Below, one piece after another: positions 1-12,794 of a stretch of 64,000 bases of DNA. Made by a program: the position numbers and the translations under genes. Within the stretch, counting starts at the first letter, position 1, and each line of letters begins with the position of its first letter. The notes beneath the pieces were generated by a model that was given only the letters and a program-made list of their open reading frames with translations, was not told the origin of the DNA and ran no database searches. Origin of the DNA: Methanobacteriota archaeon (GTDB lineage: Archaea; Methanobacteriota; Methanobacteria; Methanobacteriales; Methanobacteriaceae); the NCBI GenBank assembly GCA_963787255.1, contig CAWBCJ010000029.1, positions 256,001-320,000 on the forward strand, written 5' to 3'.

Positions 1-288
1 TTTAAAAGCTATATCATCTGTATCTTCTTCATCGAGTCTTTTTTCAATCCAGTCACCATCATTATTATATGATTCTTGTTTTACGGTGTTAAATTCCTTT
101 CTTAAATTTGAGACTCTTCTATCGATCTTTTCAGATGTCTGTTTTTTCTTTCGCATGGCTGAAATGCCTAATAATATAACAATTACAGCCACTATTACAA
201 TAAAAATCTGAAATATATCTCCACCCGGTAAAAATGCTGGAAAAGAACCTGAAACATAACCCCATTTATTATCAGTATTATTTTTTAT
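1..288 (-). CDS. Partial membrane-anchored protein (runs off the left edge); probable ATA start
   Basis: Open minus frame KNNTDNKWGYVSGSFPAFLPGGDIFQIFIVIVAVIVILLGISAMRKKK...; one TM helix; GGGGG SD-like run 7 nt upstream of ATA at 288; not in ORF track. Confidence 0.5.
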   Translation of the reverse strand, partial: MKNNTDNKWGYVSGSFPAFLPGGDIFQIFIVIVAVIVILLGISAMRKKKQTSEKIDRRVSNLRKEFNTVKQESYNNDGDWIEKRLDEEDTDDIAFK

Positions 289-567
289 TTAAAGTCCCCC
301 ATGCCCTTGAAGATTAATGTTTATCTATTCAATGGGTTTATATGTTTAATTATATTAATATAAGCCTAAAAGGCAAAATAATCATATTTATAGGTCTATT
401 TTTCCTATTAATTACTCGTTTGAAAATTTTTATAAATTTTTGATCAATATTAATTATATCATAACAGAAACCCAAAATACATTATATTGCATATTAATAT
501 AGAATTAAATGTTTAGAGACAATAATTTAATGAACTAAAACAATTTAATAATTTTATAAGTGATTAT

Positions 568-1473
568 ATGATTGAGAAGTACAAAAAAGCCGGAGAAATA
601 GTATCAAAGGTTAGAAAAAAAGCTGTAGAAGAAGTTAAAGAAGATATGAAACTATTAGAACTGGCAGAATTTGTTGAAAATGAAATTATTGAACTTGGAG
701 GAATTGTCGCTTTTCCATGTAATATCTCAGTAAATGAAGTTACTGCACATTACACACCTCCTGCAAACGATGAAAAAGTTTTTAAGTCTGGAAATCTAGT
801 TAAAATTGATTTAGGTGCCCATGTAGATGGATATATCGCAGATACTGCCATTAGTGTGCTTATTGGAGATGACATTCCTGAAGATGAGCTTGAAAAACAT
901 CAAAACATGATAATGGCTTCCCAAGAAGGTCTTGAAAGTGCTTTGAGTACTGTAAAAGCAGGTGTTGAAATTGGAAAAGTTGGAGAGGAAATTGAAAAAG
1001 CCATAAACAATAGAGGATTTAATTCTGTATCCAATTTAACCGGTCACAGCATGGATAGATGGATACTTCATTCAGGGCTTTCAGTACCAAATATTAAAGA
1101 AAATAATCCCCATAAATTAGAAGAAGGGGATGTATTGGCCATAGAACCTTTTGCAACAGATGGTATTGGAAGAGTAACAGATATGAACGAGGTATATATA
1201 TTCAGATTCTTAAGAGACAGACCCATGCGATTAATTCATGCAAAAAGAGCATTGAAAATAATTAAAGAAGATTATAAAATTTTACCATTTGCTCAGCGAT
1301 GGCTTCAAGGCAGGTTCAGCGAGCATCATTTAAATGCTGCAATGAGAATGCTTATATCCTCAAGGGCAGTTTTCCCCTACCACGTACTTCGTGAAAAAAG
1401 TAATGCCGTGGTTGCACAGTCTGAACATACTGTTATTGTGGAAAGCGACGGTTGCCTTGTTATAACAGAATAA
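568..1473 (+). CDS. map: Methionine aminopeptidase type II
   Basis: [44 protein letters not shown] motifs. Confidence 0.97.
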   Translation: MIEKYKKAGEIVSKVRKKAVEEVKEDMKLLELAEFVENEIIELGGIVAFPCNISVNEVTAHYTPPANDEKVFKSGNLVKIDLGAHVDGYIADTAISVLIGDDIPEDELEKHQNMIMASQEGLESALSTVKAGVEIGKVGEEIEKAINNRGFNSVSNLTGHSMDRWILHSGLSVPNIKENNPHKLEEGDVLAIEPFATDGIGRVTDMNEVYIFRFLRDRPMRLIHAKRALKIIKEDYKILPFAQRWLQGRFSEHHLNAAMRMLISSRAVFPYHVLREKSNAVVAQSEHTVIVESDGCLVITE

Positions 1474-1490
1474 ATAAATTTTTTTATTTT

Positions 1491-2297
1491 TTAATATCCA
1501 CCACCGTTCCCTCCGTCGTAACTATCGGTGGAAACAGCATCAAAATCACTGAAGAAGTCGTCAAAGGAATTAAAATTATCAAGTAAAGATATATCTAAAA
1601 AATCATAGCTTTGAAGATCTCCTTGATCATCCATATAATCAATAGGCACCGTATACATGTAATAATTGTAATAATCACCAGTTTTGGCCTCAGGTTTTAT
1701 ATATGATAGCATTATATTGAATTTTTGAATATCTTCTATATCATAGGTCTTTATAAGGAGAATATGAGATCCCAACACTGATAAATACGCTTTTGCACGT
1801 CCAAGATCCTCTTTCATCCATTTTTTGAGGAATTCTGCTTCATCAAGCAGTTCAATTATCATAGATTTTAATTCTAGCCCTTCATCAGTTAAAACATAGG
1901 TACTATACGGAACAAGAGATAATAGCATCTTTCTTTGCATTCTAAAATAACCTTTATCAACTAAAGGCCCTCTAACATATGTATTTTTATAATCTGAAGA
2001 TTTAACCCGTTTAAACAACTTTTTTGCGAATTCTTTTAGCTCCAATTCATTATTATCAATAATTTCCATCAAAATTTTTTCGTGAGGCTTAAAAGTTAAT
2101 TCACATAATTTATTCTTGCTTATAACTGCGGTTCCACAATGCCTTTTTAAAAATCGAGCCTGATGATCCTCAATATTCACATTAAGTGCCTTTTTTAATA
2201 GAAGATCCATTAAAGTGAGCTTTATCAGTTCATTTCCATTAGAATCAGGAGATATTATCATTAAAGATTCTGCAGGAGTTAAATTCAAAGATTCCAT
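1491..2297 (-). CDS. Hypothetical protein (possibly GPP34/GOLPH3-like), acidic Gly-rich tail
   Basis: 268 aa ORF; LTPAE...LTLMDL N-terminus, LTDEG motif, DGGNGGGY tail. Confidence 0.6.
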   Translation of the reverse strand: MESLNLTPAESLMIISPDSNGNELIKLTLMDLLLKKALNVNIEDHQARFLKRHCGTAVISKNKLCELTFKPHEKILMEIIDNNELELKEFAKKLFKRVKSSDYKNTYVRGPLVDKGYFRMQRKMLLSLVPYSTYVLTDEGLELKSMIIELLDEAEFLKKWMKEDLGRAKAYLSVLGSHILLIKTYDIEDIQKFNIMLSYIKPEAKTGDYYNYYMYTVPIDYMDDQGDLQSYDFLDISLLDNFNSFDDFFSDFDAVSTDSYDGGNGGGY

Positions 2298-2448
2298 TTA
2301 TACAGACTCCAAATAATACTAAAATTATAGTCAAGCTCATATTATATTGAATTAATTTATGGAAATCGTGAAAAATGTGTTCCAATTACTAAAAATTATA
2401 TTTCCATATGGTACTAATGTTTAAAATCATTTGTACTTGACTAAAAAA

Positions 2449-2835
2449 TTACCCCATAATGGATTTTAAGGCAACTTTTATCTTTTTATTACCTTTAATA
2501 TCGTTTATTTCCATATATAAACTGTCTGATTCCTTCCAGTATTTCATTGCAGTGCTTATATCTCCATCTTCTTTATAAACATGACCCATATTATATAATG
2601 CCTCTGCAGCGTCCGCTATATTCTCCTTATCCATGGAATATTCATAAGCTCTGTTAAAATAAAATAATGCTCTTTCTAGATTACCGCGACGCATGCTCAT
2701 TGTTCCTTTAAGCATAAAATTCGAAATTCTATTTCTTCTTTCTTTTGCACGTATGCGATAGTATAATAAAATAATGCCACCATAAGCAAGGAAAATAGCC
2801 CCTAAAAGTATTAATGTGTCCATTTTAATCATCAA
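2449..2835 (-). CDS. Membrane-anchored TPR protein
   Basis: N-terminal hydrophobic helix then TPR-like helices (AAEALYNMGHVY, AMKYW). Confidence 0.75.
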   Translation of the reverse strand: MMIKMDTLILLGAIFLAYGGIILLYYRIRAKERRNRISNFMLKGTMSMRRGNLERALFYFNRAYEYSMDKENIADAAEALYNMGHVYKEDGDISTAMKYWKESDSLYMEINDIKGNKKIKVALKSIMG

Positions 2836-2892
2836 AAGTGTTTATGAGTATTAAATTTGTAAATTATTAAAATTGTCTAAAAAATAAAAGTT

Positions 2893-2912
2893 TAGTAGGA
2901 TAAATCCTACTA
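2893..2912 (-). terminator. Hairpin just downstream of frhB
   Basis: tagtagga-taaa-tcctacta 8-bp stem followed by T-rich run on the minus strand. Confidence 0.5.
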
Positions 2913-2926
2913 TCCCGTTTTCAAAC

Positions 2927-3811
2927 TTAGTAGTTTGCAAGTGGGTCTTCTTTTTCATTACTTGCTTTGTATGGGACTGGTAATCCCATTGCTATCCTGT
3001 CATCAATTGTTTTTTGATTTTTGGTTTTCTTATCTGTTGCAAGCTTTTCAAGTAGACCTAATCCTGGTTTTACATCTGCCATTGGTTTGGTTTCAATAAG
3101 ACCTGCATCAACAGCCATTTTAAATACACTTTCACCAGAATCGGTTCTGGTTAATACTGTTGACCATCCGTCTGGTGAACCTACAGAACCTGTTGAAACG
3201 TCAGCTAATTCTGCTACGTAGTCAAGGCAAACATTACATCCGTTTTGTTCGTAACCGTGGGTTTCTTTAAGTGGGATGCTTAGTTCTTCATCTGCGGTGT
3301 ATACCCAGAATTTACCTTTTCCTATGTCCATTTTTTCTACAAGATCAGGGTTAGTTCCCATTTTCTCTGAGATGAATGTTCGTAGAGATTCGAATGGGAA
3401 GTTTTCCATACAGTAAATACCTATTAAAAGTGCAATTTTGTCTGCAACAAATCTTACACCAAATGGATATGACTGCATTTTCCTTATACCCATAGTTTGA
3501 CATGGAATTGCAACAGTACCGACTTTTTCAAGACCGTATTGTCTTACAGCATTTTTTAGCGCAAATACATTTGGTGAAAATGTATATTTAGTACCTGCTG
3601 CTGCTAAAATTTCATCAGATGTCATAGCAACCATTGGTTCTGGTTTCCACATATCTTTTCCAGGTCCGGCTACAACTGCACCGTCTATCATCTTTTCATC
3701 AAGAGCGAATGATAGGAGAGCTGTTACTATTCCTCCGTCTTGTGAAATCTTCTGGATTTGTTTATCGGTTGCTCTTGCAGAAAGTGCTTCTTTATATGTT
3801 CCTAATACCAT
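2927..3811 (-). CDS. frhB: F420-reducing hydrogenase beta subunit
   Basis: [44 protein letters not shown]; operon context. Confidence 0.97.
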   Translation of the reverse strand: MVLGTYKEALSARATDKQIQKISQDGGIVTALLSFALDEKMIDGAVVAGPGKDMWKPEPMVAMTSDEILAAAGTKYTFSPNVFALKNAVRQYGLEKVGTVAIPCQTMGIRKMQSYPFGVRFVADKIALLIGIYCMENFPFESLRTFISEKMGTNPDLVEKMDIGKGKFWVYTADEELSIPLKETHGYEQNGCNVCLDYVAELADVSTGSVGSPDGWSTVLTRTDSGESVFKMAVDAGLIETKPMADVKPGLGLLEKLATDKKTKNQKTIDDRIAMGLPVPYKASNEKEDPLANY

Positions 3812-3822
3812 TTTCAAGCCTC

Positions 3823-4620
<798 letters not shown>

Positions 4621-4623
4621 ACG

Positions 4624-5094
4624 CTAAACCCCTATTTCTTTTAAAATGAGCTCAATGGCCTTGGGAATTGCTTCTTCCACACAATTTGTTAACCCCATTT
4701 TGACATCGGGGGCAGAGATAGACTCTGGCTGGCATCCGATTACAAAAACTTCGCATTTTTTACTTAGCTCATGTAAAGGTTCTTCTACTGACCATGAGTG
4801 AGCATCTTCATAAGATCCTCTTGGAAGCTCTGTAACCTCGAATCTTCGCACTGTTCCAGGTTCAGCTCCTGAATTAACCACATCCACTACTATAAGCTTC
4901 TTCCACGATTCGTGAGGAAGAGAGAATATGAAATGTGGCGCGCTGGTCCCTGCATCTACAAACATTGTGTTCTCTGGAAGTCCCTGATCCTTAAAATAGT
5001 CTTGTAATGCTTCTATTACTGCCGGTCCGAATCCGTCGTCTTCGAACAAGACATTTCCACAACCAACTACTAAAATCTCCGCATCGTATGGCAT
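4624..5094 (-). CDS. frhD: Hydrogenase maturation protease
   Basis: [22 protein letters not shown] motifs; between frhA and frhG. Confidence 0.96.
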   Translation of the reverse strand: MPYDAEILVVGCGNVLFEDDGFGPAVIEALQDYFKDQGLPENTMFVDAGTSAPHFIFSLPHESWKKLIVVDVVNSGAEPGTVRRFEVTELPRGSYEDAHSWSVEEPLHELSKKCEVFVIGCQPESISAPDVKMGLTNCVEEAIPKAIELILKEIGV

Positions 5095-5103
5095 TTTATT
5101 CCC

Positions 5104-6327
<1,224 letters not shown>

Positions 6328-6650
6328 ATGTATCACCTCTTGTTTTTAAAATATATGAATATCATTATTTCAATTGATTTAATCTAATAATAAGCTTTTC
6401 CAAGAGAAAAAAAATGAAAAATATATATATCATGAAGAACAAATTATTATCTTCAATTAATAGAAAATTATTTAAATGAAATAGCTACTTTTTTTACATT
6501 TTCAAAGCATTTCTACTATTATTTTATAAGATTATATACCAATTAATTAAGATGCGTAAATATAATAACTTAAAGAATGATATTAGTAAATGTTCATTAA
6601 TTAATAACTCCAATTTAGATAGTCAGTAAAACCAAACAAGAGGTGAACAA

Positions 6651-7085
6651 ATGGTCAAAACAAAGATTCTAATATCTGTTATTATTGTACTCCTAATAGG
6701 GGTTGCAGCAGCAGGTTACCAAATTACATCAACAAATACTCCAGGACTATGGCAGCCTACCAATCCACAAGAGCAACAATCCACAGACCAGAGCAGTCAA
6801 CCGTCTGTACAAAGTCAAAGTGGGACTCAGGGAGGAACAACTTCAGGAGTAAGTCAAAGTGGAAATGGAGGTACTAATGTGAAAATAACCCCAAGCCAAG
6901 CTAAATCTATAGCCCAAAAATCAATAGAAGAACCTGGAGCTACAACAGGCACTCCCCAATTAAAAACAATTAATGGTACAAAAGTTTACATAGTTCCTGT
7001 TATAGACAACGGTAAAACAGCCGGAGAAATTTGGATAGACGCTCAAACAGGTGAAAACATTGGAGGTGCAGGAGGTGCACCATAG
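6651..7085 (+). CDS. Secreted/membrane-anchored PepSY-domain protein
   Basis: N-terminal hydrophobic helix, Q/S/T/G-rich linker, ITPSQAKSIA...IWIDAQTGE PepSY-like motif. Confidence 0.75.
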   Translation: MVKTKILISVIIVLLIGVAAAGYQITSTNTPGLWQPTNPQEQQSTDQSSQPSVQSQSGTQGGTTSGVSQSGNGGTNVKITPSQAKSIAQKSIEEPGATTGTPQLKTINGTKVYIVPVIDNGKTAGEIWIDAQTGENIGGAGGAP

Positions 7086-7805
7086 ATGGTTGAAATGGTT
7101 GAAACCGAAGTTGAATGCTGTAAAATAATCTCTAAAGATGTTAAAGACGCAATAGTTTTAGAAGGATCACCTGAATTAGGACTTATAGGAAATATATTAG
7201 GATGGCTCCTGGTAGAAGAGCTTAATATGGAGGAAATAGGGTATATTGACTCCAAATATTTCCCTCCACTTGCTGTACTTTACAAAGGAAAGGCAATTCA
7301 TCCATTTAGAATATACGCTACCGATGGAATTGTCATGTTTCTTTCAGATTTCATCGTTCCACCAAATGTCACCTATGACATGACCAATGCAATAGTAGAG
7401 TGGATGACTAGAAACAACAGTAAAGAAATCATCACCTTTAACAGTCTTGTCGTAAGGGAAAAAACTCAAGGAGTTGCAGGCGCAGCAAACTCAGATAAAT
7501 CTCTAGAAAGACTTGGTAAGTTGGATTTACCAATTTTACCCTTTGGAAACATATCAGGGTTATCTGGCACTTTACTTACTAGAAGCATGCAAAAAGGCAT
7601 ACCTGGATCCTGTCTATTTGCAGAGGTATTAAGTCCTTATCCAGATCCAAGAGCTGCAGCAGAAGTGATGAATTTTCTAAATAAAATGTTAGGTACAAAT
7701 GTTAATGCAGAACCACTCGTAAAAGAAGCTGAAGAAATAGAGGCAAGGCTTCAGGAACTTGCACAAACCGTACAGGGAGAAACAGAATCTCCAGCTTACA
7801 TGTAA
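7086..7805 (+). CDS. Proteasome assembly chaperone (PAC2) family protein, PbaB-like
   Basis: [29 protein letters not shown]; C-terminal A-Y-M HbYX-like tail. Confidence 0.88.
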   Translation: MVEMVETEVECCKIISKDVKDAIVLEGSPELGLIGNILGWLLVEELNMEEIGYIDSKYFPPLAVLYKGKAIHPFRIYATDGIVMFLSDFIVPPNVTYDMTNAIVEWMTRNNSKEIITFNSLVVREKTQGVAGAANSDKSLERLGKLDLPILPFGNISGLSGTLLTRSMQKGIPGSCLFAEVLSPYPDPRAAAEVMNFLNKMLGTNVNAEPLVKEAEEIEARLQELAQTVQGETESPAYM

Positions 7806-7950
7806 ACAAAAGAGAAACAGAATCACAAATGTAAATAACATTTGAAACATGATTCTGATTCACTTAATTTTTTAAGCATTTTTATTAATAGTTTGCTTTA
7901 TATACTAGTATAAACAACCTAGTATTTACCAACTTTAATCAGTATCATTA

Positions 7951-8027
<77 letters not shown>

Positions 8028-8284
8028 AAATTTTTAAAAAAAATTTTAATCAAAAATCCTACGCTATTGCTGCGGAAGGATAAAATTAAAGTTTATTTTA
8101 AAAATAATTAATTTAATTCAAGACTTTTACTTAAATCTCCCAATAATTTCAAACCATGGAACTCTTATTGGTTTAAAATTCCATTTAAATCTCATTAAAC
8201 TCATAATATTATTTTAAAGTCTAAATTATTCTCAAATCTATAAACTTTATAAATCATGCAAAACAAATCACTTTTAATTACTTA

Positions 8285-8362
<78 letters not shown>

Positions 8363-8419
8363 AAATTTTCCCCTATAAAGCATCAAAATTTTAAATCTTA
8401 TTTTCAATACTCTATTAAC

Positions 8420-8465
8420 TGACTACATAGTTGACACTTTAAAATATGGAATAACTATGTAGTCA
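8420..8465. promoter_or_regulatory. 13-bp perfect inverted repeat flanking a TATA-like box (putative repressor operators)
   Basis: tgactacatagtt (8420-8432) N20 aactatgtagtca (8453-8465); spacer contains tttaaaata. Confidence 0.5.
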
Positions 8466-8646
8466 CAAAAAGTTAATCATATTAAATGAAGGGATATTTA
8501 TGCTGCTGAAATATTGAGCGGCGTTTTACTGTTTTTAAGCATTATATGGGCAGTGTGAAGTATTTAGAGATATTTATACCGATAATTCATAAATCTGAAA
8601 AAAGTTATTAACTTATTATTCAAAACAAATTTAAACATCATCAAGA

Positions 8647-8913
8647 TTATTTAATGGTTATTTTACTCAAAATCTTGCCATAATATTCAATAAATCGCTC
8701 TGCTTCGTTTCTGCGACATTCATCGTTTTCACATTTCTTGTTTACAATGATAATTACTTCATCAGCGACCGGTACATGAGTTAATACTGTACTTTCTTTA
8801 TATTTTTTTACACGTTTCTCTAACTGGTTATACGTCTTCTCAGAGATTCCAGTATCTTTAAAAATTAATTGATGAGTAACCATTCCCTCATTTTGAGCTA
8901 AACATTCTATCAT
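8647..8913 (-). CDS. Small hypothetical protein downstream of the vWA gene
   Basis: 88 aa ORF with AGGTGA SD; co-oriented with AAA/vWA. Confidence 0.7.
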   Translation of the reverse strand: MIECLAQNEGMVTHQLIFKDTGISEKTYNQLEKRVKKYKESTVLTHVPVADEVIIIVNKKCENDECRRNEAERFIEYYGKILSKITIK

Positions 8914-8939
8914 TTTATCACCTTGAAGATTTAATTCAA

Positions 8940-10085
8940 TTATATTTCAATTATTAAGTTCGCAAGCTGCTCTAAATCTCTCACTTCAAATAATTCTGCA
9001 CCAACTTCTTCATAATATGAAACACAGCTATCTGCAACGTTCCATTTTTTTTCTTCTTCTGGATTTAATATTAAAACTCTTTTAGATTTCTTAACCATGT
9101 TTTCTACAAGTTCTGCACTTTTTGGTATTCTATCTTCCTTTGGACCTGCCCAGTCCCTGCAGTCGCTTAAAATTAGAACATATGATTTGCTGTTTAAGTT
9201 TGCACGCTTTTCAAATCCTTTAAATGCTGTGAACATGTTGGATTTCCCTCTTATCATGGCATTATCCTGCCTGATTTCCATAACTTTAATGAAAGCGTCA
9301 ACTAAATCTGGTTCAAAAAGTGCAGAGGTTATTTCAGCGGTTTTATTATCAAATTCAAATGCTCTTGCTCGATTGAAGGAGTTTTGAGCTGCATAAACCA
9401 TGCAAAAGAACCAGATACTTATCCAATCGCATGAAACGCTTACATCACTTAAAAAATAATGATTCTGCTTCTTAATCTTAGGCTTGCTCTTAACAAGTTC
9501 TAGAAGAGTCCCGCCGTGTTTCATGTTTTTTCGGATGCTTCTTCTAATATCTGGTTTTTGTTTTTTGGCCTGTTTGTATCTTCGAACCCTCTTTGTGGCA
9601 ATTTTCCTGCCAAGTTTTTGACAAAGATCTACTAATTCTGGTTGAAGCGTGTTTAAAGTCCTAATGTTGCTTTTTAAAAGCTCTGAATTACCTTCCCTAT
9701 CTGCATTATCGCTTATATCATTTAAACTGTTTTTAATGTAGTCTATTTTATACTGCTGTGCTTTATCACCAGAATCGAAATTAGAAACTCTTTTAGTGCT
9801 TATTGACACGTTGTACCGTTTAATGTATTGTGATTTATCTCCCAAGCCGGATGGCGCTTTTATTTCTTCTTGTTCATTTTTATCAAAAAATGTTTCGTAT
9901 AACTGGTTGAATTTCTTTCTTTGACGCTGGTCTTTAAGATAAATGCATGCCAGTGCTTCTTTTAAGTTTCCGTCATTACTCTTGATTAAAGGAGCAGCTT
10001 CACATGCTACCTGCGTGCTTCTAATACTTGCTGGAATTCCATTTTCCCGGAGCAGGCCTGAAAATTTAGCTATTTCATTTATCAT
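8940..10085 (-). CDS. CoxE-like vWA domain protein
   Basis: LRENGIP N-terminus, PDIRRSIRKNMKHGG, DVSVS MIDAS, ILSDCRD, ILNPE. Confidence 0.88.
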   Translation of the reverse strand: MINEIAKFSGLLRENGIPASIRSTQVACEAAPLIKSNDGNLKEALACIYLKDQRQRKKFNQLYETFFDKNEQEEIKAPSGLGDKSQYIKRYNVSISTKRVSNFDSGDKAQQYKIDYIKNSLNDISDNADREGNSELLKSNIRTLNTLQPELVDLCQKLGRKIATKRVRRYKQAKKQKPDIRRSIRKNMKHGGTLLELVKSKPKIKKQNHYFLSDVSVSCDWISIWFFCMVYAAQNSFNRARAFEFDNKTAEITSALFEPDLVDAFIKVMEIRQDNAMIRGKSNMFTAFKGFEKRANLNSKSYVLILSDCRDWAGPKEDRIPKSAELVENMVKKSKRVLILNPEEEKKWNVADSCVSYYEEVGAELFEVRDLEQLANLIIEI

Positions 10086-10107
10086 GTAACTTCCATAATA
10101 TAGGCTA

Positions 10108-10959
10108 TTATTTAACTTTTATATTGTCTAAAACTTTTTTTCTATCGTCTTCATTTTTAATAACAACATTAATAGTCTTTTTAAGAGAATCTGCATCCAA
10201 ATCATCTTTATTAAATAACATGAGACTTCTAACCCAGTCAACAGAAGCCCTAATTGAAGGGTTTTTGGTAAGATTAAGCTTTCTTATTTTCTGTATTGTC
10301 TTTACAATGCTTTTTACGAGTTTTAAAGAAGCTTCAGGAGTGTGTGATTTTACTATTTCTACTTCTCTTTCAAAGGTAGGATAATCAATGTATAAATATA
10401 AGCAGCGGTCTTTTGTTTCATCAAGAAGCTGTCTTTGGGAGTTTGATGTCAGTATAACCATTAAATCATTATTTAATTCAAAAGTTCCCAGATCGTTTAC
10501 TGTGATTTGCTTTTCTCCAAGCGCCTGTAACAGGAAACTTTCAACTTCTTCGTCTGCCTTGTCAATTTCATCTATTAAAACTACTGAAGGTTTAGTATTC
10601 ATAAATGCAGATAAAAGTGGCCTTTTTATGAAGAAATCTTCCCTGAAAACATCTTCTTCAGTTTTGTTTATTTTGGACATTTCAAGGCTTAAAAGCTGTT
10701 TTTGATAATTCCATTCGCCTACAATCTGCTCAAAAGTAATTCCTTCGTAACACTGTATCCTAAAAAAATCTCTTTCAAATGCTTTAGAAATTGCTTTTGA
10801 AAGTTCGGTTTTACCAGTTCCAGGTGGTCCTTCAATTAAAATTGGTTTTTTAAGTGAAATGGCTAAAAAAATTACTGTAATTATGTTTTCGTCTGGAATG
10901 TATTTGTTTTCAGCTAATGACTTTTCTACATATTCTGTATCGAATTTATTTTCAGACAT
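10108..10959 (-). CDS. MoxR/CoxD-like AAA+ ATPase
   Basis: GPPGTGKT Walker [26 protein letters not shown] Walker B. Confidence 0.92.
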   Translation of the reverse strand: MSENKFDTEYVEKSLAENKYIPDENIITVIFLAISLKKPILIEGPPGTGKTELSKAISKAFERDFFRIQCYEGITFEQIVGEWNYQKQLLSLEMSKINKTEEDVFREDFFIKRPLLSAFMNTKPSVVLIDEIDKADEEVESFLLQALGEKQITVNDLGTFELNNDLMVILTSNSQRQLLDETKDRCLYLYIDYPTFEREVEIVKSHTPEASLKLVKSIVKTIQKIRKLNLTKNPSIRASVDWVRSLMLFNKDDLDADSLKKTINVVIKNEDDRKKVLDNIKVK

Positions 10960-11062
10960 GATTACCATTCATTTGTATATTATATCTTAAGTGTAATATT
11001 TTTTTTAATAAGCAATTTTTTTTTTAATTGTTTCTAGTTTTACTTGCATCGGCACATAAACT

Positions 11063-11527
11063 TTATTCGGTATTCATCTGCTTGCAAACGCAATATTTAC
11101 ATAAAGAAAGCTTATCTTTTATGAATTCGCTCTTCCCAGTGCAAAAATAGATGTTTTGCTTTTTATACACTCCTTTTCCATTTGAAAATACAATTCCTGG
11201 AGGATGTAAAGGTTTTTTAGCGATGAAAGTCAGGTATAATGATATTGCCTTTATGAATTCTTTAAATTCTTCATCGTCGGGTGCATATAAACCAAAATAA
11301 TGATCTATCCTATCTTGAAAATCCTTTATTTTTTTTGCAGGTATTTCATCATCTAATTCCTCAAATGAATCGTTCATTATCTCATTAAAATTATTCAAAT
11401 TGTATTTTGACATGATATGATTTATAGAATTAGTATTTTCACCCATATCTTTGCCATTACACTTTACTTTAGATTTATGGCATTCTATGTCCTTTTTAAT
11501 CTTTAAAAATAATTCTGAACTTTTCAG
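11063..11527 (-). CDS. DUF2115 (UPF0305) family protein; probable CTG start at 11527
   Basis: PLHPPG, YFCTGK, LCKYCVC; frame open 27 codons upstream of the tracked ATG (11446) to a CTG preceded by GGGTG. Confidence 0.8.
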   Translation of the reverse strand: MKSSELFLKIKKDIECHKSKVKCNGKDMGENTNSINHIMSKYNLNNFNEIMNDSFEELDDEIPAKKIKDFQDRIDHYFGLYAPDDEEFKEFIKAISLYLTFIAKKPLHPPGIVFSNGKGVYKKQNIYFCTGKSEFIKDKLSLCKYCVCKQMNTE

Positions 11528-11543
11528 TTTAACACCCTTTAAA

Positions 11544-12746
11544 TTAATCTAATATTATTTTACCGTACATTCCACCAGCACCTGGCTGAATTTTAAGAGT
11601 TTTATTCCTAAATGACCCGATTGTATCTGCTAATTTAGAGTTAGTTTTTGAAATCTCTTCAAGGGGTGCATAAATCAGCACTTCGATTTCACTTCCAAAT
11701 TCCTGTACCATTTCTTTCCAAATTTTTTGAACAAAAACTGTTGTAATCCCCTTTCCATAAACAAGGCTTATTATCTCAGCAAGTGGAAGAATATGAATAT
11801 AATGAGGTCTGAAATCTGGATGGTGAGGTTCATCCCATGTTGCCATGTCCGATATTCTATCTTTAACCCCTATTTTTATAAGTCCGCCACATGGGCACCG
11901 CATCTTAAGTTTTCTTGCTTCATCAATTGAAAATGTCTTGTAACATCTCACACATCCTGTTTCATGGTATTTACCAAGACGGGGATCAAATCCATAATTT
12001 CCAACAACTTTTTTTGCACCAATAGCATCTTTAAATGATTTATATGTCATTTCTTTAATTTCAATTTCATTAAATTCCCTTCCAAGCCTGTGCGGCCATG
12101 GAGAATGTGCATCTGAATTTGATAAGAATGGAATATCCTGAAGCTCTTCAATTCTATCAGCCATATCTGTATCTGCTGAGAGTCCAAGCTCCAAAAAGGC
12201 AGGAGTGTCGCCATAGCAGTCGTAAATACTGTCAAATTCTTTATAAATACTTGTCCATGGAGTAAAAGCATGAGATGGCCCTATTAACCCATCATAACTC
12301 TTAACTAATTCCATTATTTCTGCACCCTTCATTTCAATCCTTGGCCTTCCTTCTTTATCTATATTTTTAGAGATTAATTCCTCCCTAATTTGACGGGCAG
12401 ATTCGATTGAAGGTAAGACTATGAGCTGATGGACTCTATTTTTGTCCTCAATTTCAACTGTTAAAATAAATTTACATTTTACGATTTTAGTTTCTGAATT
12501 TTCCACAGTTTTTAAGCGTGTTTGAATATCATCATCACATTCTTTAACTGAATATATTCCATTATCTGAATGTTCTGTGCTATCTTCTATAATTTGAAGC
12601 CATTCAGGATGAAATGCATCTCCCGTACCAACTAAATCAAGTCCTTTAAGTTTTGCCTGGGACGCAATGGTACTTATTACCATTTTTTTCGATGTTGCCA
12701 TTGAATAAAGACTGTGAATATGTAAATCTGATCTTATTATCATCAA
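11544..12746 (-). CDS. TIGR00375 / endonuclease Q family PHP-domain nuclease
   Basis: [40 protein letters not shown], CxxC...CPCGG zinc finger. Confidence 0.88.
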   Translation of the reverse strand: MMIIRSDLHIHSLYSMATSKKMVISTIASQAKLKGLDLVGTGDAFHPEWLQIIEDSTEHSDNGIYSVKECDDDIQTRLKTVENSETKIVKCKFILTVEIEDKNRVHQLIVLPSIESARQIREELISKNIDKEGRPRIEMKGAEIMELVKSYDGLIGPSHAFTPWTSIYKEFDSIYDCYGDTPAFLELGLSADTDMADRIEELQDIPFLSNSDAHSPWPHRLGREFNEIEIKEMTYKSFKDAIGAKKVVGNYGFDPRLGKYHETGCVRCYKTFSIDEARKLKMRCPCGGLIKIGVKDRISDMATWDEPHHPDFRPHYIHILPLAEIISLVYGKGITTVFVQKIWKEMVQEFGSEIEVLIYAPLEEISKTNSKLADTIGSFRNKTLKIQPGAGGMYGKIILD

Positions 12747-12794
12747 ATCACTATAAAGACGAATTAAAATCGGGATTTAAAAAAAAATAATAGT

